A stretch of 64,000 nt of DNA from Shigella phage Sf19, in the sequence record MF327005. The stretch is one strand, 5' to 3'. A program made the translations under genes and the position numbers. The notes beneath the pieces were generated by a model. It did not search any database. It saw nothing but the letters and a program-made list of their open reading frames with translations, and was not told the origin of the DNA. This document shows, one piece after another, positions 1 to 9,811 of this stretch. Within the stretch, counting starts at the first letter, position 1, and every line of letters begins with the position of its first letter.

Positions 1-264
1 ATGAATAATCAAGAAATCACTATCCTGTTACAAATCGGTACTGACAAAGAAGATATCCAACTTTGCAAACGTATTGAAAGTGATTGGTTCAACGGTGAAA
101 TCATCGCAGAATCTTATGAAGTAGTCGGATTCATGAATGGTGAAATTGTAAGCCATTTCGGTTTAACTAAATCTGAAGCCGTTGCAAAGTATGACGTTTT
201 ATCTTGTGAGATTCTTACAAAATACAATGAAAAAAGACTTGCAACTTATGCAGCAATGAATTAA
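1..264 (+). CDS. hypothetical protein (may be 5'-truncated at window edge)
   Basis: 87 aa ORF from track; no recognisable motif. Confidence 0.35.
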   Translation: MNNQEITILLQIGTDKEDIQLCKRIESDWFNGEIIAESYEVVGFMNGEIVSHFGLTKSEAVAKYDVLSCEILTKYNEKRLATYAAMN

Positions 265-329
265 TATTACTTTCAACGGGGAGGGAGACTTCCCCACTAA
301 CCTAAATTCCTAAACTGGAGAATCTGAAA

Positions 330-581
330 ATGGCTACTATCCACGCAACTGTTAACAATTTTGGCTTCCATGTATTAGATGTTAAATTTGATATGGTTGG
401 AACTGGCGATGTTTTTGGCATGGTTGATATGTGTCTAAAAGCAACTATTCAGGACTACAATCAATCTGAGTGGTTCTGGAAAGAAGTAAAACAAGAAGTC
501 TTAAAGGATGGCAAATCCTCTTACTATTGGGGTGATTCTCTTATCACGCTTTACTATGAAGTTGACGGCTTCAATAACTAA
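330..581 (+). CDS. hypothetical protein
   Basis: 83 aa ORF; GGAGA RBS-like upstream; followed by hairpin+T-run terminator. Confidence 0.5.
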   Translation: MATIHATVNNFGFHVLDVKFDMVGTGDVFGMVDMCLKATIQDYNQSEWFWKEVKQEVLKDGKSSYYWGDSLITLYYEVDGFNN

Positions 582-593
582 CAAGTCGCCGCA

Positions 594-647
594 ACGGGGC
601 AAATAGCCCCAGACACCTTTACAGCCCCTTAGATGGGGCTTTTTTAC
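594..647 (+). terminator. rho-independent terminator (two GC hairpins, T-run)
   Basis: ggggcaaatagcccc then agcccc-ttagat-ggggct followed by tttttt. Confidence 0.65.
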
Positions 648-649
648 GT

Positions 650-2225
650 CTTCCTAGAATCTTACCATTGATTCGATAGAATCTATCTCATACATTTAGA
701 ATAATAACTCTATAGCTTACTCTATATCCTCTTATCAAATCAACTATAAATTCCCTTAAATATAAGCCCATAACCCGAAAGGGAAGGGCAATCCCTAAAA
801 CGCTCTATAACGCTCTATACGGGCTTATCATCTCATCTTAAGCAATCATATTAACCTACTCTTAAAAGCCCTTTATAGAGCTTTCTAGAGCCTTAAAAGA
901 ATCTTATAAGGGTATAAGCTTTATTATCTCGTTAGTATCTTGTGAATGGTTACAAAGGGGCTATGAGATAGGACTCTATCGAATCCTATTGATAATAGCT
1001 TTAAAGTATGTTATGGAGTCTTCAAAGTAACGTAAAAGAACCTTAAAAGTAACGTAAAAGTTAGCCCCCTTTACATTCTCTTAACAAAATCTTAACAAAT
1101 GCTACATAGTTATGCTTGTTAGAGACTTGTTAGCCCCTTGTTAAATCCTTGTTAGAGGTATGTTAAGAGCTTGTTAGACACTTTGAAGTCCCTGTATAAG
1201 CCCCTAGAAAGCTCTATAAAGAGCTATACAGGTAGTTGGGGTGTAGTTACTAGGGAGAACCTTAGAAGAGGCTATACAGAGCTACAGAGAGCTTTTAAGA
1301 GGGCTTTATAGAGAATCACTAAGAAGGGAAGGGAACTATAGACCAAGAGAAGTTGTGTTTGTAAACAACCACTGTGACCATGTTAAGAGACTGTTAAAAA
1401 GGTTTAGAACTTGTTAGCACCTTGTTAATTATCTTAACAAAATAACTCTTAAGATTTAACTATTTAGCAACTTATAAGCAACTTGTTAGACTCTTGTTAG
1501 TAATGTTACAGACTGGTTAAGCTCTTGTTAGTTCTGTTAAAAGACTGTTAAGAACTCTGAAGAGATGTTAAGAGCTTGGAAGAGTTGTTAAGAGATTGTT
1601 AATGATATTTTAATAAACTGCAAAGGGGATGTTACAGGGCTGTTAAGGGCTACCAAGCAGATATACATCCTAAGTAGATATTTTCAAGAATCTCCAAAGA
1701 ACCTAAAAAGTAACCTACCTAGTCTATTTTATAAAAATTTTATAATTCTGAATAACTATCTATACACTATCTTATATAAAACAGGAATTAACAGGCTTAT
1801 AAGAGACCTTGTTAGTACCGTGTTAGACCTTGTAGGATAAGCCTTTACAGGGAATACCTGTTTAGTGTTATATAACAGTCTATATAGAGGCTTAGTAATA
1901 CCTAGTGATTCTGCTATATAGGGTACTATCTTGGACATAGAGATTAAGATGGGTATAGGGGCTTCTAAGGGGCTAGGAAGAGGTTAGGAAGGTGATTGTA
2001 TAGGGTTGATTAATGGTAGGCTTAGAAGGCTTTATAGAGGGCTATATAGAGAGCACTATTTAGGGACTAAGAGGTTATATAGATACTATATAATACTATA
2101 TAGAGATGATGCTTAGAGAGGGTGTTTAGAAGGGTATAGATATTTTATCACATATCATGGTGACCCAAGATGAACGGAGTGAATCCCAAATTTTATAAAA
2201 ATTATAAATTTCGTAAATTTTACTC
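650..2225. repeat. non-coding block with two families of short phased repeats (TGTTAAG-type at ~10-11 bp spacing; CTATA(C/G)AGAGC-type)
   Basis: No ORF >60 aa of note; dozens of TGTTA(A/G) units at helical spacing 1080-1190 and 1380-1620; TATAGAG/CTATACAG units 780-1330 and 1850-2150. Confidence 0.75.
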
Positions 2226-2228
2226 AAT

Positions 2229-2250
2229 AAAAAGCCCCAATTAAGGGGCT
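2229..2250 (-). terminator. rho-independent terminator for minus-strand gene 2259-2936
   Basis: agcccc-aattaa-ggggct hairpin with A-run on plus strand (T-run on minus). Confidence 0.6.
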
Positions 2251-2258
2251 GTATAGTT

Positions 2259-2936
2259 TTACATCACTTCACTAAGCATAGTTTGCAATGAAGTTTTAGA
2301 AGTCTGGAAGAAGTGTGTGAACCCATTATGACGTTCTCTTACCTGAATCATTATCTGGTCACCCTTAATCGGGTGTGAACTAATATGGTATTCATTCATG
2401 TTCAGTGCAGCACCCAAACCATCTATAATGTGTCTGAGTATGTCATATTCAACAAATTCTTCTTTACCTGTGACCTTGATACAAACACCCTTGTTAGTTC
2501 TTTTAGGGTTTATATCTTCCATAACCAGCATTTGTTGTCCACCAAGAGAAATCATAGAGAACTCTTTACGGTTCTGCTGCTTAACATACATCTCAAGTTT
2601 CTTCAAAGTATCTTCATAGAACGGATAAGACTTCTTGACAAAGATACCTTCAAGTGGCTCTTTACCTGTTAGATTTCTACGATAATTCATCCGATGAATA
2701 AGACGATACAGGTCACTTTTCTCATCTTTGGTAAAGTGTCTGTCTACATCTTTAACACTAAATGTGATATAATTACTCTCAAGTTCAAACTTTTTCATCT
2801 CTATCAAATCCTTAAAGCATTTCTTAGTAATCGCTTCCCATTCTTCGGAGTTCTTTCTCTTCCTCTTCAGATGGGGAACCATATCTGCTAAGTTCTTCCA
2901 ACTCTTCTTCAGTAGGTGTCCCATAGCTTTCTTCAT
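2259..2936 (-). CDS. hypothetical protein
   Basis: 225 aa ORF, start overlaps next gene stop. Confidence 0.55.
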   Translation of the reverse strand: MKKAMGHLLKKSWKNLADMVPHLKRKRKNSEEWEAITKKCFKDLIEMKKFELESNYITFSVKDVDRHFTKDEKSDLYRLIHRMNYRRNLTGKEPLEGIFVKKSYPFYEDTLKKLEMYVKQQNRKEFSMISLGGQQMLVMEDINPKRTNKGVCIKVTGKEEFVEYDILRHIIDGLGAALNMNEYHISSHPIKGDQIMIQVRERHNGFTHFFQTSKTSLQTMLSEVM

Positions 2937-3409
2937 CGTAACACTTCATAAGATGGAACACCAAAAGCATTATTTGAGTTTGGAGAAATTAGGTTATCTG
3001 CACTAACGAGCCATTGAGTATTTTTGAGATGAGATTTCTCTTCAACACACTCTTTGAATCTTATAAGATACGCATCATCACTGTATACTTCAGTTACAAC
3101 ACCCTTCCCAATAATAGTTTTTGATTCAAAACACATTACATCGTAAATATTACCAATAACTAAAGGAAGAGTTACTTTATTTTCACGTAAGTCATATGGT
3201 GCTAACAAATCTTTATCGGCTTGTAAGTGGGACTCTGAAAAAGCTGCATGAACCATGTAAGCTTCTGAGCACTCCCAGATAAAGCTATGGAGAAGAACCT
3301 TTGCAGCATGTCTTGAACAACCAAGTTCTGCAACAATAGCTTTGTACATATCATCTTTAGTACCGTTGTTAAGCATAGCCTTGCGTACTGTCTCTTTAAC
3401 ATTCTTCAT
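2933..3409 (-). CDS. hypothetical protein (track ORF 2933-3460; internal Met start 3409 preferred to limit overlap)
   Basis: ORF track; upstream gene stop at 3396. Confidence 0.45.
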   Translation of the reverse strand: MKNVKETVRKAMLNNGTKDDMYKAIVAELGCSRHAAKVLLHSFIWECSEAYMVHAAFSESHLQADKDLLAPYDLRENKVTLPLVIGNIYDVMCFESKTIIGKGVVTEVYSDDAYLIRFKECVEEKSHLKNTQWLVSADNLISPNSNNAFGVPSYEVLR

Positions 3410-3698
3410 CTTTCCAATCCTCATCTCTCTCAATCTGAAACTCGTCAGGTAACTCTGCAATAGCTTTCAAGTAATAAGCTTCTTGAATACTGCAAAGTTC
3501 TTCATAACCACCATTCATAAGCCAGTTGTAACCAGCAGGTACACCGTTATCATCGCAGAACCCTGTGTAGAACATTGCTTTATGAATCATGTTAAGTGGC
3601 TTGTAAGCAACTTCAACGATGTAGAAAGTGTTATCTTTCCAACCACCCTTTGGAGGGTGGATACCTTTAACACCTCTGGATTGTGGAGTCATAGTCAA
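3396..3698 (-). CDS. hypothetical protein
   Basis: 100 aa ORF in tightly packed minus-strand array. Confidence 0.5.
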   Translation of the reverse strand: MTMTPQSRGVKGIHPPKGGWKDNTFYIVEVAYKPLNMIHKAMFYTGFCDDNGVPAGYNWLMNGGYEELCSIQEAYYLKAIAELPDEFQIERDEDWKDEEC

Positions 3699-4138
3699 CC
3701 TTTAGAAATTTTTATATCAATGATATTCAAAAGTGCTTGTCTAGATAACTTACCAGATTTTAAGTATGGAAGCAATGGTTCTAGTGCATTATCAATCTTA
3801 ACAGACATTTCTAAGATTTCTTTTGCAATATCTTCTTGAAGGATACTGTATGTGCAAACCCCACTTACATCTTTCTCATCAAACATTGCAATCTGGATAT
3901 CAAAAACTTTGTGGTCAGCATGTGCTATGCCTCTGTACAAGAAGTTTTTATCAAACGTGATAATCTCCCCGCACTTAAATGTCATTCCTTTATCACCTTC
4001 ACCAATGATGAAATCATTAGTGAGTTCTACTGAGAATGGATAACGGCCTTGTTCAATGTTTCTGACTGTACCAAATGCTACACGCTCTCTCGTTGCATAG
4101 TTTACAAGCTCTACTACTTCATACTTCTTAAGTTCCAT
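3695..4138 (-). CDS. hypothetical protein
   Basis: 147 aa ORF. Confidence 0.55.
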   Translation of the reverse strand: MELKKYEVVELVNYATRERVAFGTVRNIEQGRYPFSVELTNDFIIGEGDKGMTFKCGEIITFDKNFLYRGIAHADHKVFDIQIAMFDEKDVSGVCTYSILQEDIAKEILEMSVKIDNALEPLLPYLKSGKLSRQALLNIIDIKISKG

Positions 4139-4180
4139 TTTCGCTACCTCTAAACAGGGGCTTTTACACCCCTTGACAGA

Positions 4181-4390
4181 TTACTCTTCAGCAGATTCTT
4201 TATCTTTCTTTGAAGAAGTCTTTTTATCTTTCTTCTTAGTCTCAGTTGCTGCAATAGCAATGTCAACAAGCTGTGCTAAGTCAGATTTAATCACTGTTAC
4301 TGGTTGTTCGTTGTAGAAACCTTTCTCAAGGTACTCTTTGAACTCTTCCAGAGTGTTAAAGCCAAAAGGCTTGACAGGTGTTCTAATCAT
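4181..4390 (-). CDS. hypothetical small protein
   Basis: 69 aa ORF. Confidence 0.4.
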   Translation of the reverse strand: MIRTPVKPFGFNTLEEFKEYLEKGFYNEQPVTVIKSDLAQLVDIAIAATETKKKDKKTSSKKDKESAEE

Positions 4391-4460
4391 TTACCCTCCG
4401 AGATATCTTTTAAGATTTTCTGGTTAATCATTTCCGCAATAGCATAGCGGATACAAATTA

Positions 4461-4967
4461 CTAAAATTTTAGGTTGCATTCTCTACTTACCTCTTCAAAC
4501 TTCTTCTCAGACTCTACAATCTTCTTCTTGTAAGTCGTCATTCTCCAATATGAAAGTATGATACCAACTATTGGCAGTACAAACAAGTACCAAATCTCAG
4601 AAATCTTCTTCTCAGCTTGGTTAAAGGTTAAATCTTGCATGTACACACTTCCAAAAGAGATGATACAAATCATAGCAAGAACTACAGAGACCATAATTGC
4701 TAGACCTGCCCATCCTCTGGTGTTATACTCAGCATTTCTACGCTTATTTTCAAGATTGATAAGTTCATTGTAGTCTGCTGAGAAGTCTCTGTAGAAAGCT
4801 TTCAAGTACTCTCTGCTGTAACCTTCAAAGCAGCCTGTACCAAACCAATTTTCACCTCCGAAGTGTGAAATAGTTCCTGCATCACCGTTTGCTTTCACAA
4901 TCTTGAAAGATACATGGTGCTTAGATTGCTCATAAGAAATCTGGTCTCTTGAATCTTCGTAAATCAT
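4461..4967 (-). CDS. hypothetical membrane protein
   Basis: 168 aa; two hydrophobic helices in C-terminal half (AGLAIMVSVVLAMICIISFG, LFVLPIVGIILSYW). Confidence 0.5.
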   Translation of the reverse strand: MIYEDSRDQISYEQSKHHVSFKIVKANGDAGTISHFGGENWFGTGCFEGYSREYLKAFYRDFSADYNELINLENKRRNAEYNTRGWAGLAIMVSVVLAMICIISFGSVYMQDLTFNQAEKKISEIWYLFVLPIVGIILSYWRMTTYKKKIVESEKKFEEVSRECNLKF

Positions 4968-5182
4968 TGTTCAATCCTCTTTAATCGTGCATTCCACTCT
5001 CTGTCAATCATTCTCTGGAATGTCTTACCTCTGGGAGTAACGTTCTTAAGTGATTCTTCAGTACATACTAAGATATCACCTCTGGCAATTTTGCCATAAC
5101 ACTGTTTAGTCTTCTTAGCTCGTCTGTACTGCTCAGAAACAGAGAGCTTCCAGTATTCACCTAAAGTTGTAAACTTTTTCAT
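4964..5182 (-). CDS. hypothetical protein
   Basis: 72 aa ORF, overlapping stop/start with neighbours. Confidence 0.45.
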   Translation of the reverse strand: MKKFTTLGEYWKLSVSEQYRRAKKTKQCYGKIARGDILVCTEESLKNVTPRGKTFQRMIDREWNARLKRIEQ

Positions 5183-5919
5183 TCTTTCACCATTGCGTTG
5201 TAGAATTGCCTTTGAATCTCTTCAGCAATCTGATAAGGTGTGAAACCAGCTTTTAACATCATTCTTACTGTGTACTCAATGTCATTCTTATTAACCACAT
5301 GGTCTGTGACACTGATTGCTTCTTTTAACTCTTCCACATTCTTTTTAGCATCTTCACAAGCGCTGGTCAACATGGAGTTAAATTTCTTTTGTGGTGTAGT
5401 CCAAGCATGACTATGTGGATTTGCATCACAGAAATACTTGAAGTAATCTCTGACGTTATCTACAACCAGAGTTTGATGACCATCTTCTTTAGTTTGGTAT
5501 CGAGACTCTTGCTCAGGTACATCTGCAAGTCTGTGTGTAGGAGCCTCTATAGTAACATCAATCGTTCTAACCTTTGGAGTTGCCTCTTTCTTCAGAGTCG
5601 GAGTTGCCTCAAAAGTTGCCTTTTCAGTTTCTTCTTCATCCCCTACCACAGTATCTTGTAAAGAAATACCCAGAATCTTTCTGAAGCTTCCTGTGAAGGT
5701 TAAGTTTTCAATATCAGTGGTCGAATAGACTTTACCAGCCCATAAGTGTGCTTCTGGACCAAGTGATGTTGCTGGATAAATCTTGAAATGTAATGTCTTC
5801 ATAGGTCGGAAGTACACAACCCCGCTATCAGACACATACGTAACAAATGCCTTAGTTCTTTGGGCTGGTGAAGCCTTTACATAAATGTAAATTGTGTCTG
5901 TCTCTTTAACTTTAACCAT
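5179..5919 (-). CDS. hypothetical protein
   Basis: 246 aa ORF. Confidence 0.55.
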   Translation of the reverse strand: MVKVKETDTIYIYVKASPAQRTKAFVTYVSDSGVVYFRPMKTLHFKIYPATSLGPEAHLWAGKVYSTTDIENLTFTGSFRKILGISLQDTVVGDEEETEKATFEATPTLKKEATPKVRTIDVTIEAPTHRLADVPEQESRYQTKEDGHQTLVVDNVRDYFKYFCDANPHSHAWTTPQKKFNSMLTSACEDAKKNVEELKEAISVTDHVVNKNDIEYTVRMMLKAGFTPYQIAEEIQRQFYNAMVKE

Positions 5920-5989
5920 TTTATCTCTCCAATAAAAAAGGGAACCACCTTTCGATAGCTCCCATCATACAAAATTCTAGATATTACTG

Positions 5990-6583
5990 TCAAGTATATT
6001 TTCTAGGCAGTAATTTACTTTTTCTGCTTCGAACATCTTCAAGGATAGCTATGAAGTCATCAGAAGCACCCTTCCAAGGGCTGAAGTTTGGGATATGCTG
6101 ACGAATGGCTTCAATAATCGTCTTCATACCTGTGTTCTTCATCCACCAATCTGAGCTTGAGGCAGTCATAACAAAGAACTGCTCATCATCGGTTAAGATG
6201 ACCTCTTTAGTGAATGGAGAAGTGTACGTGGTGATAACTGAACCGCCATTCATGTAATATGTACGCTTGTGGACTTTATCAAGCATGTCATGCAGGTCAC
6301 CAAACAGTTTCACAACCTCTTGGTGGTTAATGTCTTTCTCAAGGTCTAAACGGTACTTCAGAAGTGCTTCATCAACTTCTTTAGATGAGAACTTAAAGTA
6401 CTGCACATCTTCAATGACACATGCAGAGATATTGTTCACATCCATAGTCAATTTGGCAACTTTTGCTGGTGAGTTAATGTTTGGCTGGAACGCAGCAAGC
6501 ACACCCTGAACATTACCGTAGTGTTGGACTAATGCAACTTGTGGAGAATCAACTCCACCCTTTTCTTTAATGTGTACACTCAT
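5990..6583 (-). CDS. hypothetical protein
   Basis: 197 aa ORF. Confidence 0.55.
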   Translation of the reverse strand: MSVHIKEKGGVDSPQVALVQHYGNVQGVLAAFQPNINSPAKVAKLTMDVNNISACVIEDVQYFKFSSKEVDEALLKYRLDLEKDINHQEVVKLFGDLHDMLDKVHKRTYYMNGGSVITTYTSPFTKEVILTDDEQFFVMTASSSDWWMKNTGMKTIIEAIRQHIPNFSPWKGASDDFIAILEDVRSRKSKLLPRKYT

Positions 6584-6584
6584 A

Positions 6585-6929
6585 CTATAACTTCCTCACT
6601 AAATACTTTTTAAGTGGTGTCTTCGGTTTTTCAAAGACCTCAATAGAATCTATTTTGATGCCCTCACCACGCATACCTGTGGATTGGTAGATGTAGAACT
6701 CAAGCATCCCTATATTTTTAGCTGGCATATCATGCTTAACAAAGATGGTCACTGAATCTTCACTTTTAAAGATTACTGTACCATCTTTATACACAAGCTT
6801 ATCAGGTTGTTTATAGTCAAGCATATCAAACATCAGAAATAGTCTTTGCTGACATTTGTCCAGCCTTGATGACAGGGCTTCTTGTATATCTGCGAAATTC
6901 TTATAAACAACGATGTGTAGCTTAAGCAT
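6585..6929 (-). CDS. hypothetical protein (track ORF extends to 7022; internal Met preferred)
   Basis: ORF track; avoids 100 nt overlap with 6922-7215. Confidence 0.45.
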   Translation of the reverse strand: MLKLHIVVYKNFADIQEALSSRLDKCQQRLFLMFDMLDYKQPDKLVYKDGTVIFKSEDSVTIFVKHDMPAKNIGMLEFYIYQSTGMRGEGIKIDSIEVFEKPKTPLKKYLVRKL

Positions 6930-7215
6930 CTGCGTATTCTCTGACGAAGAAGTAGTTGATTTTGTTATCAGATACCAGAAGGTCATAGCAAGTAATTTCG
7001 AACTTACTCTTTTCAGCATCATAGCTAGTGTATGGCTCGGAAACTTGCTTTGTTGACACTTTTGGGTTATTAGGGTTTAAAAGGCCACCATAAAGTTTCT
7101 TAATGGCCTTTGATACCACGCTCCAGATAACATCATCAGTGAGTTCTTCGTACAGGTCAAACTCGGCTTCATAGCTAAAGTCATTAATTGGAAAGATAAC
7201 CTGTACTTTACTCAT
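6922..7215 (-). CDS. hypothetical protein
   Basis: 97 aa ORF. Confidence 0.5.
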   Translation of the reverse strand: MSKVQVIFPINDFSYEAEFDLYEELTDDVIWSVVSKAIKKLYGGLLNPNNPKVSTKQVSEPYTSYDAEKSKFEITCYDLLVSDNKINYFFVREYADA

Positions 7216-7216
7216 A

Positions 7217-7597
7217 TCAAACTACCTGTGTAACTTGCAACGCTTCTGTTACGGAGATATCACCGACTTTTTCTTCTTTGATGAAGGTGAAAGTTAGAAG
7301 GGTTGGTTCTGTAACCTCATCTTCCAGAGGTACACCATTCAGTTCATCAAAGATAGCCTGTGTAGTCCAATCTTCCTGACCATCTGGGTAGTGGTAAGCA
7401 TATTTGTTAAAGTTCAGGTCAAACCATCCAAAAATTGGACAACCATCTGCATCATCCCCTCGATGGTCTAATGTGCTACCTGATTCAAACTGTAACTTCA
7501 GTTTTCCATTGTCTTGGAAAATAATTGCTTTTGCAAAATCACGGCAATCGTTATCATCGTGGCCTGAAGTGTCAACCAATACATCAATCTTATTCAT
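7217..7597 (-). CDS. hypothetical protein (track ORF extends to 7696)
   Basis: ORF track; internal Met at 7597 just after upstream stop 7590. Confidence 0.45.
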   Translation of the reverse strand: MNKIDVLVDTSGHDDNDCRDFAKAIIFQDNGKLKLQFESGSTLDHRGDDADGCPIFGWFDLNFNKYAYHYPDGQEDWTTQAIFDELNGVPLEDEVTEPTLLTFTFIKEEKVGDISVTEALQVTQVV

Positions 7598-8000
7598 AAT
7601 AACCTCTCTCAGCTTTCTCAATTTTATCCAGAAGTTTGATACACTCATTGTTATGGTATGTAGCCTCACTCTGGTGTAACTTCTTCTTCTGCTCAAGTAG
7701 AAATTTATAGTAACCTGATAACTGCTCTCTTGTCAAGGGGTGCTCTGAAATAATATCAAGAGAACTTTCACCTAAAGGTGAGAACATGCCATTGTCATCA
7801 ACGTTGTACAGTTCACCAGCAAAGAAGCCTTTGTTAGCCATTGTGATAGGTGAGCGTTCAATGACCTCAACAACAAACTTTGTGAACACCTTGTCACCCA
7901 TAGTAATCAACTTGGTTCCTGCAATACGAACCTTCATACCACTTCTTGTGTACTTGAAAGTACCATTATCATTCGCCCAAAGCTTCATAGTTTTCTCCAT
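7590..8000 (-). CDS. hypothetical protein
   Basis: 136 aa ORF. Confidence 0.5.
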   Translation of the reverse strand: MEKTMKLWANDNGTFKYTRSGMKVRIAGTKLITMGDKVFTKFVVEVIERSPITMANKGFFAGELYNVDDNGMFSPLGESSLDIISEHPLTREQLSGYYKFLLEQKKKLHQSEATYHNNECIKLLDKIEKAERGYYE

Positions 8001-8005
8001 AGAAA

Positions 8006-8029
8006 TAAAAAAGGCTCCCGAAGGAGCCT
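8006..8029 (-). terminator. intra-operon hairpin terminator (minus strand)
   Basis: aggctcc-cgaa-ggagcct with A-run on plus strand. Confidence 0.5.
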
Positions 8030-8038
8030 CTTAATCTA

Positions 8039-8509
8039 CTATTTTGGATAAACAGCGTCAAGGTAAATCTTGGCTTCCAAACTACGTCTATTTTGTAGAC
8101 CCTTGGAAGTTACTTTTTGACCATTCACTGTAATCTTGTTCCACCACTGCATAGCTTCTGCACAACCAACTTTGTTACCAGCATTGTGACGCTTGATAAA
8201 AGTTGAATCCTGCATAGCACTGATACCAATGTTGTAAGTCTCTACAACAAGTGCATCAAATTCGTTCTGCGTAGTTGGAACCTTGATTGCTTTGTTTACT
8301 GCACCTACATAGTTTTCAACATCTGCAAGGAGATATTGAACAGCTTGTTCAGCAGTAATCTTCATCCCCATCGTAACAGGTCTTCCGTTGATACGGATTG
8401 TTCCATAACCAATTGTAGGGATTCCAGCAGAGTCTTTATAGGCTTCTAAACGAAGCCCTTCAAAGAACTTAATGGCTTCTAAGCCTTTACTTGAGAGTTG
8501 CATTATCAA
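8039..8509 (-). CDS. phage lysozyme (T4-lysozyme-like, glycoside hydrolase family 24)
   Basis: FEGLRLEAYKDSAGIPTIGYGT matches the T4 lysozyme catalytic Glu/Asp/Thr region. Confidence 0.85.
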   Translation of the reverse strand: MIMQLSSKGLEAIKFFEGLRLEAYKDSAGIPTIGYGTIRINGRPVTMGMKITAEQAVQYLLADVENYVGAVNKAIKVPTTQNEFDALVVETYNIGISAMQDSTFIKRHNAGNKVGCAEAMQWWNKITVNGQKVTSKGLQNRRSLEAKIYLDAVYPK

Positions 8510-9390
8510 CCTCCTACTGCGTTAATAACCACCTTGGCAGATTGGGATGTGATTGAGCCACCTACACCAGTTACAACACAAGAGTAAGTACCTTCATCAT
8601 CAGCTTTAGAAGTCGGTGTCTTTTCATATGTTGCAGATGTTGCTGAAGGGATATCTACATCATCTTTCTTCCACTGATAACCAGTTGCACCAGTGGCTAC
8701 GATGCTAAGGGTGAGTGTATCTCCCTCTGTAATCTCTTGGTTAGTAGGTTGCTGTGTAATCACAGGCAGTGCATTCACAGTTACTGTGGCAGCGTTGGAA
8801 TTAACACTTGAGCCACCTTCACCAGAAACTACACAGGTGTATGCGCCAGCATCAGTAGGGACTACGCCATTCTTAGTATATGTTGCAGAGGTTGCTCCAG
8901 AGATGTTTGATGCACCTTTCTTCCACTGATAACCAGTTGCACCAGTAGCAACAACTGAAAGTGTAAGTGTTCCACCCTCGTTAACAGTTTGGTCAGTTGG
9001 CTGCTGTGTAATAACTGGAGGTGTGATTGCATCCTTCAACTTTGCATTAAGCATGGAGAAAGGTTTAACCCTTGCCAACCATTCACAATAAACTGTGTCA
9101 ACATCCTTCCCATTGATGATTGCATACTGCAAGTCCATGAAGAAGTCAGCAGTCCTCATCTGAGCACCAACTGAATATAAAAGTTCTTCACTAAATGGAA
9201 CTGTGTAGTCTGGTGTGTAATTGAAGTCAGTAACTTCTGGAATATCAGACTCAGGCCACGGTGAGCTATATGTCAGAGGCAGAACGGCCTCTTGATACTT
9301 TCTGAAGTCGTATCTTTTGCCAGCTTTAACATTCGCTACAAAGTCTTTAACGAACTCTTTAAAATCTGGATATGTCTTTGCTTTAATCAT
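8506..9390 (-). CDS. protein with conserved N-terminal domain plus two tandem Ig-like domains
   Basis: Two ~80 aa repeats ITQQPT(D/N)Q...TLTLS(V/I)VATGATGYQWKK; N-terminus paralogous to 9387-9755. Confidence 0.6.
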   Translation of the reverse strand: MIKAKTYPDFKEFVKDFVANVKAGKRYDFRKYQEAVLPLTYSSPWPESDIPEVTDFNYTPDYTVPFSEELLYSVGAQMRTADFFMDLQYAIINGKDVDTVYCEWLARVKPFSMLNAKLKDAITPPVITQQPTDQTVNEGGTLTLSVVATGATGYQWKKGASNISGATSATYTKNGVVPTDAGAYTCVVSGEGGSSVNSNAATVTVNALPVITQQPTNQEITEGDTLTLSIVATGATGYQWKKDDVDIPSATSATYEKTPTSKADDEGTYSCVVTGVGGSITSQSAKVVINAVGG

Positions 9391-9755
9391 TTCTTAGCCT
9401 CTAATCTTGCATTTAGTCTAAAATAACCTTTGTGCTGCGGTGAAACATCACCTACAACAACTCCGTCAATCTTATAGCCTTTACCCATCACATATTGAAT
9501 ATCCATCAAAAATGTACCAAGACCAACGATATGAAACATTGGGTAAAGAAGTTCTTCAGTATCTGGTAGAGGAATTTTAGGTGTGTATTCGAAATATGTT
9601 TCGGTAGGGTTGATATCCTTTTCAGGCCATTTGCTATCACGCCATGTTAAGGGTGTCGGAAGTACATCATCAAGATTATACCTGTCACCTTCTTGAACAC
9701 TTTGGACATAAGATTGTAGGAAGCAATAAAAGTCTTTTCCACTCTTTGCCTTCAT
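9387..9755 (-). CDS. hypothetical protein, paralog of N-terminal domain of 8506-9390
   Basis: Shared motifs (KxGKxYxF, EELLY, FxMDxQY) with neighbour. Confidence 0.55.
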   Translation of the reverse strand: MKAKSGKDFYCFLQSYVQSVQEGDRYNLDDVLPTPLTWRDSKWPEKDINPTETYFEYTPKIPLPDTEELLYPMFHIVGLGTFLMDIQYVMGKGYKIDGVVVGDVSPQHKGYFRLNARLEAKK

Positions 9756-9793
9756 TATCTATCCTTAACAAATAAAAGGGGCTTTCGCCCCAT

Positions 9794-9811
9794 AAAACTT
9801 AAGCCATAGTC
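9794..9811 (-). terminator. hairpin terminator (minus strand)
   Basis: ggggc-tttc-gcccc preceded by aaaa on plus strand. Confidence 0.45.

Noticed and set aside
650-2225. CRISPR array in the repeat-rich non-coding block
   Set aside because: Repeat units are 7-11 bp, degenerate and helically phased, with no 25-40 bp constant repeats or unique spacers.
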